DNA of 59,331 bases from Trichoplax sp. H2. Taxonomy: Eukaryota. Under the pieces are notes generated by a model. That model saw only the letters and a program-made list of their open reading frames with translations, was not told the DNA's origin and did not search any database. Below, piece after piece: positions 25,397 to 40,241 of the stretch (position 1 is the first letter of the stretch; the number at the start of each line of letters is the position of its first letter). The translations under genes and the position numbers were made by a program. The DNA is taken from positions 558,001 to 617,331 of the forward strand of contig NOWV01000028.1 of assembly GCA_003344405.1 (NCBI GenBank). The letters are read 5' to 3'.

Positions 25397-28300
25397 TGAG
25401 GTCATGATCATCATACACTAATGAAGTTGATATGAGAAGACTTGTAGTAATGAGTATCCTCAAATCTCCTCAAATAATTATCAAATTTTTAGTTGCCATG
25501 CTTTTGAATACTCATTCCTGATGGTAATGTTTTCTTCATGTTTCTCAATACTCTAATCAATGTCTGATTAAACAGATCTGATCTAATGTAGACGCTAGGA
25601 ATACGTACAACATTCATATGATGTTAGGGCTCAAATGACGTTTTTATCGCTTATTTAGTCTAGCCTTGAATTAAGGTTCTTAGTTGTCTGTACAGTGCAC
25701 TTTCAATCATTGTGACTTGGATAATAATATGGAATGCTGATTTGGATCTGAATTTTAAATGTTCATTTTACAAGATTATTAATTTTTAGAAAGTAAATAT
25801 AAACTTACATTGGTGGAATTTATTCGATTATTGCATGTGTATGTGTAATTGAATTAAAATTTTAATAAGCAACCGTTGCATCAAGGGTGGGCTTTTTCTT
25901 TGCAAAATCCGTTAGATTAGCCCATTCGTCACATCTTTCTATTTGGATTGATTACTTCCACTTTTAACTTTCAGAATATTAACACTTAAACGAAATGAAA
26001 ATTTTGTCAGATCGATTCAGTATTTAATGAAATCAATATTTCTTACGTATGGCAATTTGAAAAGCAAACATTATCGATATTTAATTTAGTGCAACATATA
26101 TTTAAAAAAAAAATCGTAAACATATTTTGCATCAAATTCTGCAAAGTCAGTCATAAGTAGGTAGCAGCGCTGTATATAGGCTTGAACCATTAAAGAGCTT
26201 AATTCCAATCAATTAAACTACTAATCCTAATAGTAAAGCCTTCATATATTATAGTACGCGTATGTAAAGAGAAATCGGATTAGATTCTTACAAGAAAATG
26301 ATAACTATTATTAAACGGTGATCATAAACTATTACTAATAATTTTGATTACCGCAGACGTTACTGACCATGCAGTTAGTAGACGATTTATAATTAAATCC
26401 ATAGAAATTTCCCAAATTTAATTTCTTGATAAATTTAAATCCAATTTTTATTTTACCGCTTAAAGTGATAGCCATAATGCAATTATGTTTACAATATTAA
26501 CAATCTAGTTCAACAACATGTATCTACCAATTATAGTGTAGATTATAAATCCAATTACAATGCATTAATTTTTATAATATAAAAATATACAGTATTTACT
26601 ATAAATTAGCCATATCATAGATGTGCAAAAGGTGAAGTTTACACAATGTTTTGCGAGTATGAGTATCTAAACCTTTAATTTACAATGAAACTTGTCCTGT
26701 ACGAAGCTGCAATATGAATATATGACCTCATTACAAATTTAAAATAATTTCCCAAGAAAAACATATTGCAATTGATTATTATTCGTAATATGAAAAATCA
26801 TTAAAACCAAGACTGTGGATAGTATACATACAAAAAATTACTCAGAAGTTATTTTTGAAAATAGATCGTTCAACACTTACTTAGGGTACCTAGATACAGT
26901 AGCATCAAAATAGTAAAAGGACTATCATTGATTGTGTTTTATGATCCTGCATAGAAGTAAAGGACTTGCAAAAGTGTCTGCAATTACGATGAATAGATTA
27001 TTTTTCCATACAGTTAAAAATACGAGTGTATAAACATCAGTAGCAAGAACATCAGTAGGAGGTCAGAAAAAAAATATTGGATTAATAATACTGACATCGA
27101 AATCTTGAAATTTTGAAGCTAGATATCTGTACTATGTGACTGTTAAATCAACAACAGTGTTGATGTTAGCTTAAGATGATAAAAATTTTTGAAAAACTCT
27201 CCCCTAATCTAGGAAAGTTTAAAAGTTAATTTTAATTTCCAATAATTAAACAATTCCACAGAATTTACCAATTCGTGTATGACTTCTAACAAACATATCT
27301 TGACTTAAATTCAGTCTTAATGCGATTTGTTAAAAACACAGATCAGTTAGCTAGAGAAAAGAAGTATTTGCAACTTTATTTTTACTCCAATGAAAGAAAA
27401 GTTCATGCCAATTTTATCTTGCTATTCTATATCTCGCCAATATATGGTCATACATCTAATGTCGTAGATCAGTTGCTTGTGTTTTCGATGGTCCTGAATT
27501 TATGTAGGTATTACAGTCGTTTGGCAGAAACTTAACGCAATCAAACAAGCTAAGCTATACCTTAGGTACATTATAAAACTGTATACAATCCCAAAGATTG
27601 GCCAGATCAAAGAAATTTTAATGACGATCATTTTTACTAACTCTAACCTCTAGTTCTAGAAGCAGAAACCTTAATTTGCAGCTTGATGAATACTTGTAAA
27701 ACAAGGTACAGCTTTGGAATGTTGGATTTTTAACGTTATCTCGCCAAGCAAGATGGAATACAAGACTCTAGATTAGTGATGCCTTTATATATAACATATC
27801 TGTTTACCCTTAAATGAATACGTTATAAATAAATGATAGACTCATTTACATAGCGAAGAAATTTCTTTTAAATCAAAATAGAGAAGCAAATTGTTGATAG
27901 ATTAATTAATCAATCAATCAATAACGCTGTCTTTGGTATTCTAATTTAATTACCAATCACCTAATGCAATTAGGCTTCGTAGGAATTGAATTTATAGGTA
28001 ATATTGAATATTAGCAATATGCAAACATGATTACTCAAACATAAATTCGGGTCCAGGAATAACGGTTGAACTTAATAGGATAGCCAATCCATCGTTCTAA
28101 CTTACTCCTTATTTATTAATTATAAATAAAGTATGCTGTATAGTAATGCTAGAAATTAAATACAATGCTGACATATGGAGTGAATTCGCAGAGAGTGATC
28201 AATATGTGGACAGATCTGGAATTTGCTATATCATCTTAGTTAAAATTGTAAGCGCCATTTTTATTGCAATGATCGATGAACTTTAATTACATGATATCTA

Positions 28301-29289
28301 TTAGAAACCTTGAGTCTATATTAAATTAATTACTGGCTCCCAATAAATAGCATATTGGCATTTGTTGTTAACGGGTAACTGCGATCGACACTAACTAGAC
28401 TAAAAACAAACGAAAATGAAAGGGACGTTACGAGATATTCTGAAGCTTTATACGAGTATGGCGGCTACGATATAACTTTGCCATTATATCATAATGTTAA
28501 GTTTAAGATCGAGGTAATATAGATAATATTGATCAAATCATCAGCTCCATACAGATTAATGTAATAATTTGTTCTAGCACTAGCAAACATCTGTTTGCTT
28601 CAATTATACAGTAAAAGCCAAGTTAATTGCATCATGAAAAAATTTCTCAGCCCAAATATACTAAAAAAAAATTCTCTATTTCTAAGCGGTTTCTCGCTCA
28701 GAACACCAGTCCATTCATTATTTTAATGCTATACCTATTACGCATTATATCGCAACACCAGGTCAATCACCATAGACAAGGTTAGACACATCAAAGCAGC
28801 CTTCAACACAAAATCTATTTTATTGCTGGATTGCCTTTCCTGATATAAAACTGCATGTACGTATACGCTAATATACATGAATTAAATTCAGAGTCATCTA
28901 TCAAGCATGATTTTCGTGTTATAAATTTATGTGCATGTACCATATGAAATGTAGCACTATTCAGAATCAACTGTTATGCTCCCCAATTTGCGTAATGGGC
29001 TGTAAACTAGATATTTAATCAAGGCATGGAAAATTTTTGTACCGCAATAACAAGGGGCTCTTGAATCATTTAAAATCTGTTGGCGTTATTCCAGTGCGGT
29101 TGGCTTTGCATTTGGGCTAAGGCTATACAGTGGTGTACATCAAGTTAGATCTCTAAAAACTTCTCGAGACTAAGAAGTCCTTAAAATCGAAAATTCTTGC
29201 ATTAGAAAAGTCTCTTTTGCTACGATTAAAATTTCTAGCGTCGGAACTAAGTTAGCTAAATTCAATCATCTGCATCTAAACTTCTTTAT

Positions 29290-29545
29290 GTTAACAATCT
29301 GTTGGAGTTAGGTGTCACTAATGATGAAGCATCTTAGCTCTTAATGATTGCTTATAACTACCTTATTTCAGAAGCTAGCTAACTGCAACCCTTATAAATA
29401 TTTTGATAGCTAGAACTTTTCCACTTAATGTGCTAACGATTTTTATGTTGGAGTTAGATGCCAGCAACGGAGAAGTGTCTTAGCTCTTAATGATTGCTTA
29501 CAGCTTTCAGCGTTATTTTAGGAGCTAGCTAATAGCAACTATTGT
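29290..29545. repeat. Degenerate direct duplication, about 150-bp period x2
   Basis: tgttggagttag.tg.ca...tcttagctcttaatgattgctta...ttattt.ag.agctagctaa occurs at about 29300 and about 29446. Confidence 0.7.
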
Positions 29546-29629
29546 AAAAGATTTTAATGCAAGGATTTTCTATTTAAGAAGATTTTGGTGTGAATAAAAT
29601 TAAAAATCTAATTTCATGTATACCATTAA

Positions 29630-30285
29630 AGTCTTCACTCGATTTCAGATTTTAAACTAGCTTGCGTAGATAGTTATTCCATCATCAAGCCATCTTAAAA
29701 TAGAGTATCATTGTTGATTTAAATTGCCCTCCTTTTGTACGCAGCTGCATTCAATACCGTTGTTGTGTTAACTTGATTTCAGATTTTAAGCAATCTTGGG
29801 CATGTAGTTATTCCATCATTTAGCCATCGCGATATGGAGCACCATTATCGATTTAAATCGCCTTTATTTTTGCATGCAGCTACCTCAAATACCGTTATAG
29901 TATTAACTTGATTTCAGATTTAAACTATTTTGCGCATGTAGCTATTCCATCATTTAGCAATCGCAAAATAGAGCATCGTTATCGATTAAAAATATTTTTC
30001 TTTTAGTATACAGCTGCCTCAGATACCGTTTTGGCATTAACTTAATTTCAGATTGTAAACTATTTTGCACATATGGTTATTCCATCATTTAGTCATCACA
30101 AAATGGAGCACCATTATCGATTGAAATTACCTTTTTGTATACAGCTGCCTCAGATACCGTTATAGTATTAACTTAATATCAGATTTTAAACTATCTTGCA
30201 TATGTAGTTGTTCCATCATTTAGCAATCTTAAAATGGAGAACCATTTTCGATTTAAATTCCATTTCTTTTATGCAGCTCAAATAC
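29630..30285. repeat. Minisatellite, about 134 bp x5, upstream of LRRC23
   Basis: gatttcagattttaaac...ttattccatcatttagc...gcagctgcctc.aataccgtt recurs at about 29641, 29775, 29910, 30044 and 30175. Confidence 0.9.
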
Positions 30286-30609
30286 CCTGCAGCAAAATAG
30301 ACATTCATGTTTATCAATCCAAAATTAATAGAAATAACAGTGTAGAGTATATCATGTCTCAAAATTTATTAAGTAGTCAGTATATCAATTCTTAGTCAAT
30401 AGCATCGCAATGTAATTGCTACATGATTGGCTAGTCCGTAGTCTCCCCGTGCATTAATTATATGGGCTGATAGAGCAGATAGCCTATCTTGCTGTATAAC
30501 TACTCATTCAGTATATCGCGCATAGTAATAAATTAAGCAAATAGTAGATAAAGATATAATGCAAGGGGACTATAGCTGAAAGGGAATCATGCGCGTTCGA
30601 TCGTCCGTT

Positions 30610-30623
30610 GTGACCATAGCAAC
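30610..30623. promoter_or_regulatory. RFX X-box motif in the LRRC23 promoter
   Basis: GTGACCATAGCAAC fits the X-box consensus GTNRCC-AT-RGYAAC and lies about 175 bp upstream of the ATG of a motile-cilia gene. A further half-site GTTACT follows at 30628. Confidence 0.7.
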
Positions 30624-30796
30624 CGCGGTTACTAAGTATTTCATTATAAACAGTTACAGTAAGAGAACTGTTCTACTCCATCTACACGATTATAGGAAAG
30701 TTCGACGCCTTTAATATCCAATTGCGTTGGCTTTCGATCTTGTTGTGCCGATTTTTTTACGATATTTTCAGCCGGAGTAATTTAGTTCACAAGAAC

Positions 30797-33748
30797 ATGT
30801 CTGACTATTCGGATTATGATGGCGAAGACGATAATATAGATATCGACAATGATATTATTGAACAAGACGGGGAAGACAACTTAGAGGTCGGTAAATAATG
30901 TAGGAAAGTAGCCTTGAGACCACTTGAAGGTTATAAGCTGTCCATTTACAAATTGCGATAGACGTAGATAAAATGGAATCTGCAAATATATTCAATTTAT
31001 GCTTTGAAACTGTCTTCATAGCGGCATGCATACCAGGCTCTAAATCAGAGTTTAGATCTCAGATAATTATTACTGAATATTGTAATTGAATAATCGTGGA
31101 ATATAAATTGATAAAATGTAGCGCTGGCATAAGTGGTAGCAAAGTAAGTACCGTATATGATCATAATATATAAGTGAGAGAATATGTAATTTATGAAGTT
31201 TCTTAAAGATCATCTCATATTTGAATTTGTGGCAGCTAAAGCTTGAATAATTAGCCTGTTGTAATCACCTGATATAAATACTAATCATTTCACTTTTAGT
31301 ATAATGTCACCAAAATGTACAATATTCAAAAACGATATGACTGGTATAAGCGATTACTATGATTTCATGAGTAGCTATCAAAAAGATGCATAAACTCTAA
31401 ACAGCATGGCAATATCAATAAGATCTTTATAACGCTTTTTTAGTATGCAAGTAAATTGGACTATACAGGTTTCATTCTTTTAATAAACTGCTATATGATA
31501 AATCTCTATCGATGCGTCACAAATATTGGATAAAATTATCGCAACGCTATCATGTAATGAATAGATTGCAACAGCTGTCTGGATTGCCATTGCTACCTAA
31601 TTTTTTACTTGATATCTGTACAATATTCTTAAATTGCAGCTTTACGGCATAATATCAGTTATTATTGCTAAAATTTCGTCTACTACATTATCTTTCTGCT
31701 TTAGAATGTAACAGAAAACTCACTGAATGATGAAAATATCCGCGAAGGATTGTCACTGTTATGCAAAACTGGCAATGGAATATCCCATGCATATGTTCGA
31801 TTAGATGTGCATGACAAGTATGGATCTTATATTACCAATACTCTATATAGCACACAATTACATCAATACATGCGTTTAAGTTAAACATCGTGCAATCTTA
31901 TTTCCATAGAAATTTAACGGATATAAATAAAATAAGCAACTTTATCCATCTACGCTACTTGGTAAGTGGTTTCATTTGATACGCAATACATACTAAAATC
32001 ATCAGAAGATAGATCATTATAAAAATCTGAAATATAATTCTGACTGAAATAGAATCATAATTAATACACAAATAAGTAAAAGTTTTTATCATATTCTAAA
32101 AGAATCCTAAGGAATTCGTTGCAGTAAACTGCTTGAATAGTACCGATAGTAATATCAAACTACTAGCTATTGCATATCAGGAAGTTCACTATCTGATCTT
32201 CTGCTGCTACTTAATATTTCTGTATTTATCATTATTTTAGCCAAATTTAGTAAATAACCTAAGATTTTTGGCATAGCCAAGAGCAATTATTCTGACTGTA
32301 TATCGAATGATAGTGCAAAAACAGTAAAGTTTTGTATTCACTAAATGTACACAATTATATATATTCATATATGGTAATGTAGTAACGTCTGTCATTAAAC
32401 ACACATGAGATAGCTCAACATATACATTTCGATTACAAAGTTTATCGGGTTTATGAATATCCATTAAAGAAAAATTTTTAAATGGATTACTTCTATGACT
32501 ATAGGATATTTCCGGAAATAACTTGAAGGATATTTCGCCACTAAATCATTTAACTCATCTGCTTACTTTGAAAGCAGATCGAAATCTACTAACATCTGCT
32601 CGTCTTGAAGAGGTTTATTTCATTGATTTGCTTTAATTCGTAACAACAGGTCCACCTTTTGATATATTTGAGGTTTGACATTTTAATTTTTTATGATAGC
32701 TCCCCTACTTACAAAGTGCGAGCTTTGCTCATAATGCTATTACGTCGACAGAAGGAATTAGTCATCCGCTTCTAGAATCGCTAATCTTATCATGTATGTA
32801 TGAAATAGCATAATTTTGAGCAAAACGTATTAGCTAAGATTTAAAGAAGTCTTGCATTAACAATTGTTGGCGTTTTCTTTCTCTAGTCAATAATATTGTA
32901 GATGTTCGTGGACTTGATCAGCAAAAACTAGCTAAACTTCAGACATTAGAATTAAGAGCCAATAAATTAACATCTGTAGAACATCTAACATTGCCAAAAC
33001 TAAAGAATCTATATTTGGTAATTATGATTGCTTTAACAAGCACTAAATAGATCATATTCTCAAATCGTCAATAGCCTCGATTAATTTGAGTACTCGTGCA
33101 TAATATCCTATTATTAGGCTGCCAATTTGATTGATAACTTGAATGGAATCGATAAACTGGTACAATTACGAACTCTCCACATGCGCGATAATGCGATTAA
33201 ATCTTTAGATGGATTTACGGATAACATGAAACATTTGCAATATATTAATTTACGGTAGGTTATTTATACATAATTGAGTTTTTTAATATAGGTACAGTAG
33301 AAGTGATTTTAATATTATAACAGCTAAATTATATTGTAAAATGTCTCATTTTAACTATATATTTCAGTGGAACCAATATAGACGATATTAAAGAAGTCTC
33401 CAAATTAAAATGTCTACCACTTTTACGTGCAGTTGTACTATCAGGTAACGTTCGGAAAATGTGGTACTTTTGAGAAATAGGGGCCAATTATCATGGTACT
33501 CAAGTAACTTATCTGATGTTTAATAACTAAAGATACTTTACTATAAATTTCTAGAAAGTCCTGTTGCAGATGAGAATGATTATCGTATCGAGATTTTAAT
33601 TGCGCTACGACGCTTGGAAAGGCTGGATAAAGAAGAATATAACGAAGATGAAAGACAAGAAGCAGAGGAAATTAACGAACAACGACGTCAAGAAGAGCAA
33701 TTGCAAAAAGGGGCTGAAGAAGTGATACAATCAGATGAGGAATCTTAA
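30797..33748 (+). CDS. LRRC23: Leucine-rich repeat protein 23 (radial spoke / motile cilia), 9 exons
   Basis: Exons 30797-30886, 31705-31817, 31910-31961, 32505-32612, 32700-32793, 32887-33017, 33118-33254, 33368-33444, 33555-33748. Acidic N-terminus, LSLLCKTGNGISHAYVRLDV, FIHLRYLDISGNNLKDISPLNHLTHLLTLKADRNLL, LPYLQSASFAHNAITSTEGISHP and RLERLDKEEYNEDERQEA, all collinear with LRRC23. Confidence 0.95.
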
Positions 33749-36700
33749 ATGACTGCTAAAAGTTTCAATTCCTGAATATTATACCAAAAATGTAATCGTT
33801 ATTGCTGGTAATCCTGCTAGCACCTGAACCGCCTAACCTTAACTCAATTTTCTATAAATAATTGTAGACAATGTAATTAAAATAATTTAAGGATACTTTC
33901 TCCAATTCTAACGTTATTTCTAACAAAGATATGGAAGATTGTAGGAGAAAAACACTACGGGACTTCATATCAGTTATACCATATATCTATGGAAAAGACA
34001 ATGCATTAAATCACTCTAATTCAAGATTGCGTATTGTAATTTAGCTTCAATGTAATTTATGTGTAGTCGATGATGGTTATATTTTATTTTCCATTTGCAA
34101 TCACTGTTTGAAAAAATTTCCATCGTTTGCTTGAGTGAATTGCCATCTATCGTTTTAAACAATACTTTAAAGTGTAATATATTGCCGTTCTTCTTCGTTT
34201 TAAGAATATTCATGAATTAGTATATTGGTTTACTATCTTGGCTTATGATAGTCTATGCAATCAATAGACCAATCTTGTGTTACATATCAGAGCAAAAGCC
34301 AATTAAAATAGCCAATAAGTTGAATAAAATTATGTTTCACCACTCATTCTTGACTAAGTGCTCTTCATTACTTCATAATTTTAACGTAGTCCTTTCTTTA
34401 TCCTCATTTGTAGCTTAATATCTCAAATGAATGCAGTTCCGTATTCATCCATACCCTCTCCACTATAGGATATGCATATTCTAATACAATCTTGAAGGAA
34501 ATTTGTGATAATTAATTACTCTATACATTCAAAAATCAGATGATAAACTATCGGTGTGCACGTATAAAGTATACGCTATGTTAGCAAATTAACATATCAG
34601 AGCAGCTAATCAGTTTTTTAGTAATTGGATAATTTACCTGGCGTCTGATGATTTATTAATATCCTATAATATATAATGGCTGATATTAATTTAAATTGCT
34701 ACTTAGATTCATTGGTATGCATATGCTATAAAGAATTGAGCCAAATTTAACACGGCCGTATTAGTTCACTGATGATGGTAGAATAATCCTCCATTTATGA
34801 TAACTTTCTTTACGATCATAACATTAAAGCAAAAGCTAAAAGCTTCATTATTTAAAATTATACTGCTAAGTAGATTAGTTATAGCAAAATATTTCCTTCT
34901 GCTAGTAATATAATGACTATATCTTACCGAAGAGCATTATGCTGATTTACAGCAATTATCGTTGCAGGAGATTAATATACTACGTATCACCAGATACATT
35001 TTTAGCTGTCTTAGTTAATCGTGATCATCCTATATCATGGAGTATCTAGAAAGTAAAACAGAAATATGCATAGTTAGCAAACTTGTGCGCTTGCTCATAT
35101 TAATGATTCTGAAAATATTGTGACTCATTTTTTATTTAAATACATCCGCAAGTTATAAATATTTCATCTTATATTTTTTTAGATGTTGTATGATAGAGTA
35201 CCCGTACCAGTATCAAAATAAAACTTTATTTATGGTATTTTTCAATGTAAATCGAAGATTTCATTTTGCGGTAGAGAATTATGCAAATCATTAAAGTTTT
35301 AAGATTTACTTATTTTGTATAATTAAACTGCACGAAATCATACATAAACCATCAAAGTCTTTCAGCATTGCAGCATCTGAATCCAGTCAGCTTAGCTAGT
35401 GAAGGTACTCTTAGATCAATAGACACTTCAAATTTAAATTATATTCATTATTTCTAAACATGAAAGTAGACAATTTTGAATCATCTGAACGACCAAGGTA
35501 CTCTGATAAAAAAATTTAGATCAAATATCTGTGAAATTAAGAATGTAAAATTGAGCAGAATGCTAATATTATTATCATCCGTCATTTTTTCGAATAGAGA
35601 AGCATATGAAAACATTTTATCGATTACCAATACTGATTTGTTTATAATTTAAAGTACAACCAAGTCTGCTTCGATTATCTCGAGGATAGAAGCAGTTTAT
35701 CAGCACTTCTCAATGGAACTTCCAGCAAGCGAAACTAGCTTATAATAAAATATGAATTCGAGTTTAAGATCTTATTTCCAGATTCTGGATCAAATTTTTG
35801 TTCTGCAATAGCGAATATAGTTAATTATACCGATTTTAAGATTATCAAGCTTGCTCAAAGTACATTTAAATTCGGTAGATAACGTAGCATTTAAATATCG
35901 TTTAAATTTTTTATCGAATGGACTGCAATCTTACCCTTTCTGAGTAAATTCATAGCAATTCCAATTTAAATTATCCATTACGTTAATGGTGTATCAGTAC
36001 TCTTGCATTAAATTATTAACAAGATGATTGCCATTTCCTACTTCGAAATTCAGAGAAATTGTTAGTCTCTATTGAAAATGAAAGCAATATGCCTATGTAG
36101 AATTTATAAATCGTAAGGGATTTGCATGAAGATATAGAAGTTTAAGAGATAACGTCAATATTTCCTAGGAATTGTGTAAATCAGAAGTAGTAATAGGTAC
36201 CTAGTAGCAGTTATTCTATTTTTACGCGAGAAAATAATGCATAAGTAATGATATTTTAGATAAAAAACTAACAAGTATCTCTATTATTATATGATTATTT
36301 TAATTTTTGCTATGCTTATGACATAGATTTAATCCTGTATGATCATTTCCAATTAAAAATTATTAAGGAGTCTGTCGAATATTACGTTGATAATATATAT
36401 GACGTGGATTAAATTAATAAATTATTTATCCTTGCAAACAACTAGTTAATATATTACTTGTAAGATCAACAAGGTTTATAGGAATTCTACGTATTTAGAA
36501 ACGACAAGAAAGCAATGGGTTTCGGTAGTCTTAATAGACTTCTTTATTTTAATAATGATCATGTTAATAATTATTGTATTAAATGTTAGATAAATCCAAG
36601 ATGTTGCCAATAATACATACAATAACCCATCTATATCCTATTTAAAGGATATTTATAGTAAATTAATAATGAAATTCGGATATCGTTAATAGGCATTCCG

Positions 36701-39700
36701 TTTTATTAAAATCAGTTACATATATACTATAATATAAGCCTAAGAAGTAGCTTTTCGCATACTTGTATAATACTACTACAGAAATATTTGCATCATAGCG
36801 ATCACTATTATCGAAGTCATTTTATGTATTAAATTTATGCAACGATGGTCTATATAATTAATTGTGATAATAAACTGCCAATTTCGGTGGTAGCTTACAA
36901 ATTTGGGCATAAATTTTGGTAATCATCTCTGTAAAGTCTTTACAGATCACACATCTTAAAATTTCTTTTGTCAAATATGATGTAAATAATATCTGTCGGA
37001 TAATAGGCGTAATGAATTATTTCATAAAGAAAATGTAATATACAGTACAATGGTGCTAATGTCTTAATAGGCGTATTTTATATTGTAGCAGATCATTAAA
37101 TTTAACTGATTATGGTTAGATAGTGCTTGTTATTGATTAAACGACAGATAGACATGATTACATCCTGTGCTTATCTATAAACGATATGGAAAGATTTTAC
37201 CTTCAACGGCTCTTAGTATCCTCTACTTTTCTAAAGAGCACTAAATATGATCTTGAGCTTAGTCAATATGCACAAAATCTAAATGATTTAATGATCATGA
37301 TCCGATATTGATTACTAGAATGATTTATACTTAACTTTGTAAGATGCTACTTCTTGCATGCTCGTAATACTATTATTATACAAGCCTCAATAAATGGCGC
37401 TTTAGAAGTCTTTTCAATTTCTACCCGCAATGAAATAATAGCTATAACGTCAAAATATATTAGTATTTCTACAATACTACAAAAAAATTGTTAAGGCTGC
37501 AATCAGTTTTGATAGTTAATTAAATCCTATAAAGAGCGATATTTTCTAGAATTTTTCCTTGATGATTTTTAAGTTGATCGATTAATTTATTCTCCATTTC
37601 TTCTACTTTCAGCATTAATTTTTTATTCTTCTTTGTATAATCGCGATCTTGCTAACTTATGAGAGGCAATAACAGTCATAATTGTATCTTAGGCAAGATC
37701 ACAGCATAAGATTAGCAGTCAATACAGTGAATTTTCCTAACACTTTGTGTGACTATAGCCATATAGAATGGCTATATCTATAACATCAATGTATAAGATC
37801 TTTGATCATTCATGCTGACACAATGTTATTTTCATTTATTGTATAACATACGATAAATTTATATGTAAGAAGAATCGAAGCGTGTACACTATATAATGAT
37901 GGCTATTTGAAACATAAAAGAAAGACCTTTTATTCCTTTTAGCTGTAATCTATTATTAAGATTAACAATGTACTTGTATTCTTAGTAGTTTTAAGTTAGT
38001 GAAGTATAGAACAATGTTTCAATTTATATTTATAGCTATTGCTTTGATATGTAGATGGCGAATCTAATTTTAGGGGTAAGATATCGAGCTATACAAAAAT
38101 TTGTGCCACTCTGGACGATTATTATTAAGGTTAATGGCATGGTCAGTTAAATTATCGCTAATTTCTAAATGTGATTGTAACTGTTTCTATATATATTATT
38201 TCTTAATGTTATTCAATTGGACAAAGTGATTCCAGAAATAAATAAATATAGTACTTGCGAACTAATTGCCTGAATATTGCATAAATCATCAAAGTATCAA
38301 ACAAACCAGCGGTTGTTATGAAAGAGGCATTATTCATTGCAAGGAAGAAATTGAAAATGCTTGAAGCATATCATGTTAAAATCTTAACTGAAAAATAATC
38401 AATAAATCAAGCGTAGTGAAAGCATTGTTATTGTGTCACTATGGTATCTACGACGTTTCAGAAATCTCCATCGGTTATGAATAATTTGTAAATCTCTTTA
38501 ATTGAATATCGTTAATATTAATTTCATAGTTAAACGCGATTAATAAGTCTACCATATCCACCGTAAATAAATTCACCATGATTAATGTAGTTTTTCAGCA
38601 AATAAACAATTGATAATATCTTTTCGATCAAGTTAAAATTGTATGCAAATTATTTAAAAGTTTTCTGTTGCTGGAATTTTATTTGGATCGTTAACATATA
38701 GATTATCTCTGTTAATAATAATTAGTATCATATGTTATATTTTCCACTACGATAATAATAATAATCTGCTTTATCGTAGTCTATATACATGCTAAGATGC
38801 TTTTCAATCTTATAAGATTGTTACGAATGAAACTATGTTCTATATTGATATAGGTTAGCTTACGTCAGAATGATGTAAATATTATTTCATACGTAACAGA
38901 AAAGGGGTTAGTTTATGCTAACGCTAAGCTAAAAATAATACCCTATTGTACTCTATTGACCATTTATACATAGACAGCAGTTACAGACTGCTAAAAGGAG
39001 GATTCGTCTACGTTCATTAATGACTCTATTTCGTATATTTTATTTAAAAATCACCGTTTTTGATTGATTATTTATGAATAAATGATTAGCAGATGTAATT
39101 ATTCTTAGTAAAAGGTTATTAATCCACGATGGACTGTAAAGATAATGAGATGATGTAAAAATTTAATGTAGATAACTTAATACTTGTAATACTATCAATT
39201 TTAGCTTCAACTATTATGGGGTATTTCTTCAAGATAATTATTTTATTGACGTATTTATAGTTATAGGTTATTGGATGACTACTAGCAATAGGTGAAAGAA
39301 CCTGATGTAAGTTGTACGCGTTAATATGATCAATGGTGGAGATTTCTACCTTATACACGAAGTTAACTAAGGAATAATATGTGGTCACCTTTTTCCTTCA
39401 TATTACAGTAATATTAGCCAACAATGAAAATTTGAATAGTCTATATTATAGATGCCTAAGATATCGATTTCCTGTATCTTAGATCTATCATTATAAATCT
39501 GTTGAAATGATCCATTGTTGAATATCATTATTGTAACTACAGTACTTCCACGTCTTATTTATTCTATAATGTTATTCAACGTAGTGATGTTATTCTAGAT
39601 GAATGTGGTCAAATTACTTTTGTGTACGTTGTTATCTTGTACTGTATATACAGTGCATTAACAAATAATTAGTTCAAATGAAAAATAACCTTTACTAAAT

Positions 39701-40241
39701 CTAAGATGATCATTAACGCGTGGTAGAAAAGAAATTTGAATCATAAATAAAAAAATTTCAATTTTACGGTTTTTACAAATTTATTGCAAGAATAGATTTA
39801 TGTAATGCTATCATGGTTAAATGGTTATTCGGTGCTAAAAAAATCGACTCAAACTGAACATCTGTGTCAATATATTCAACGTTAACAATATTTGAACAAT
39901 TTTGATTTATAGTACTCAACTTTATACAGTTCAAATAATAACTATTGATAGTATATAAATTTTTCAAAATAGTTATGTAAATAGATAAGGAATACGGGAA
40001 TGAATCAAGATATATTATGACTAAAAATGATGACGATATAGGAAGTTACTAATTTCAATGATAGCAGGTGCGTCGTAAATTGATCATTTATTTACACTAG
40101 AGTATTTAAAGAATGGAATCCAATCAACATTTATTCAAGCCCAACAGCAATTAATTAATAATTAAAAAGTTGGAAAAGGTTTATTAACTCCTGCAACCGC
40201 GTCCATCTAGTAGTTAGTTGTTCCCATCAGTAGAAATCAAG

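Noticed and set aside
33800..40200. Short ORFs in AT-rich intergenic stretches (also 25400-30600, 41594-42195 and 55200-59331)
   Set aside because: Composition is dominated by I/L/N/K/Y, no consistent splice chain or recognisable motif was found, and no tRNA or rRNA signatures were seen.
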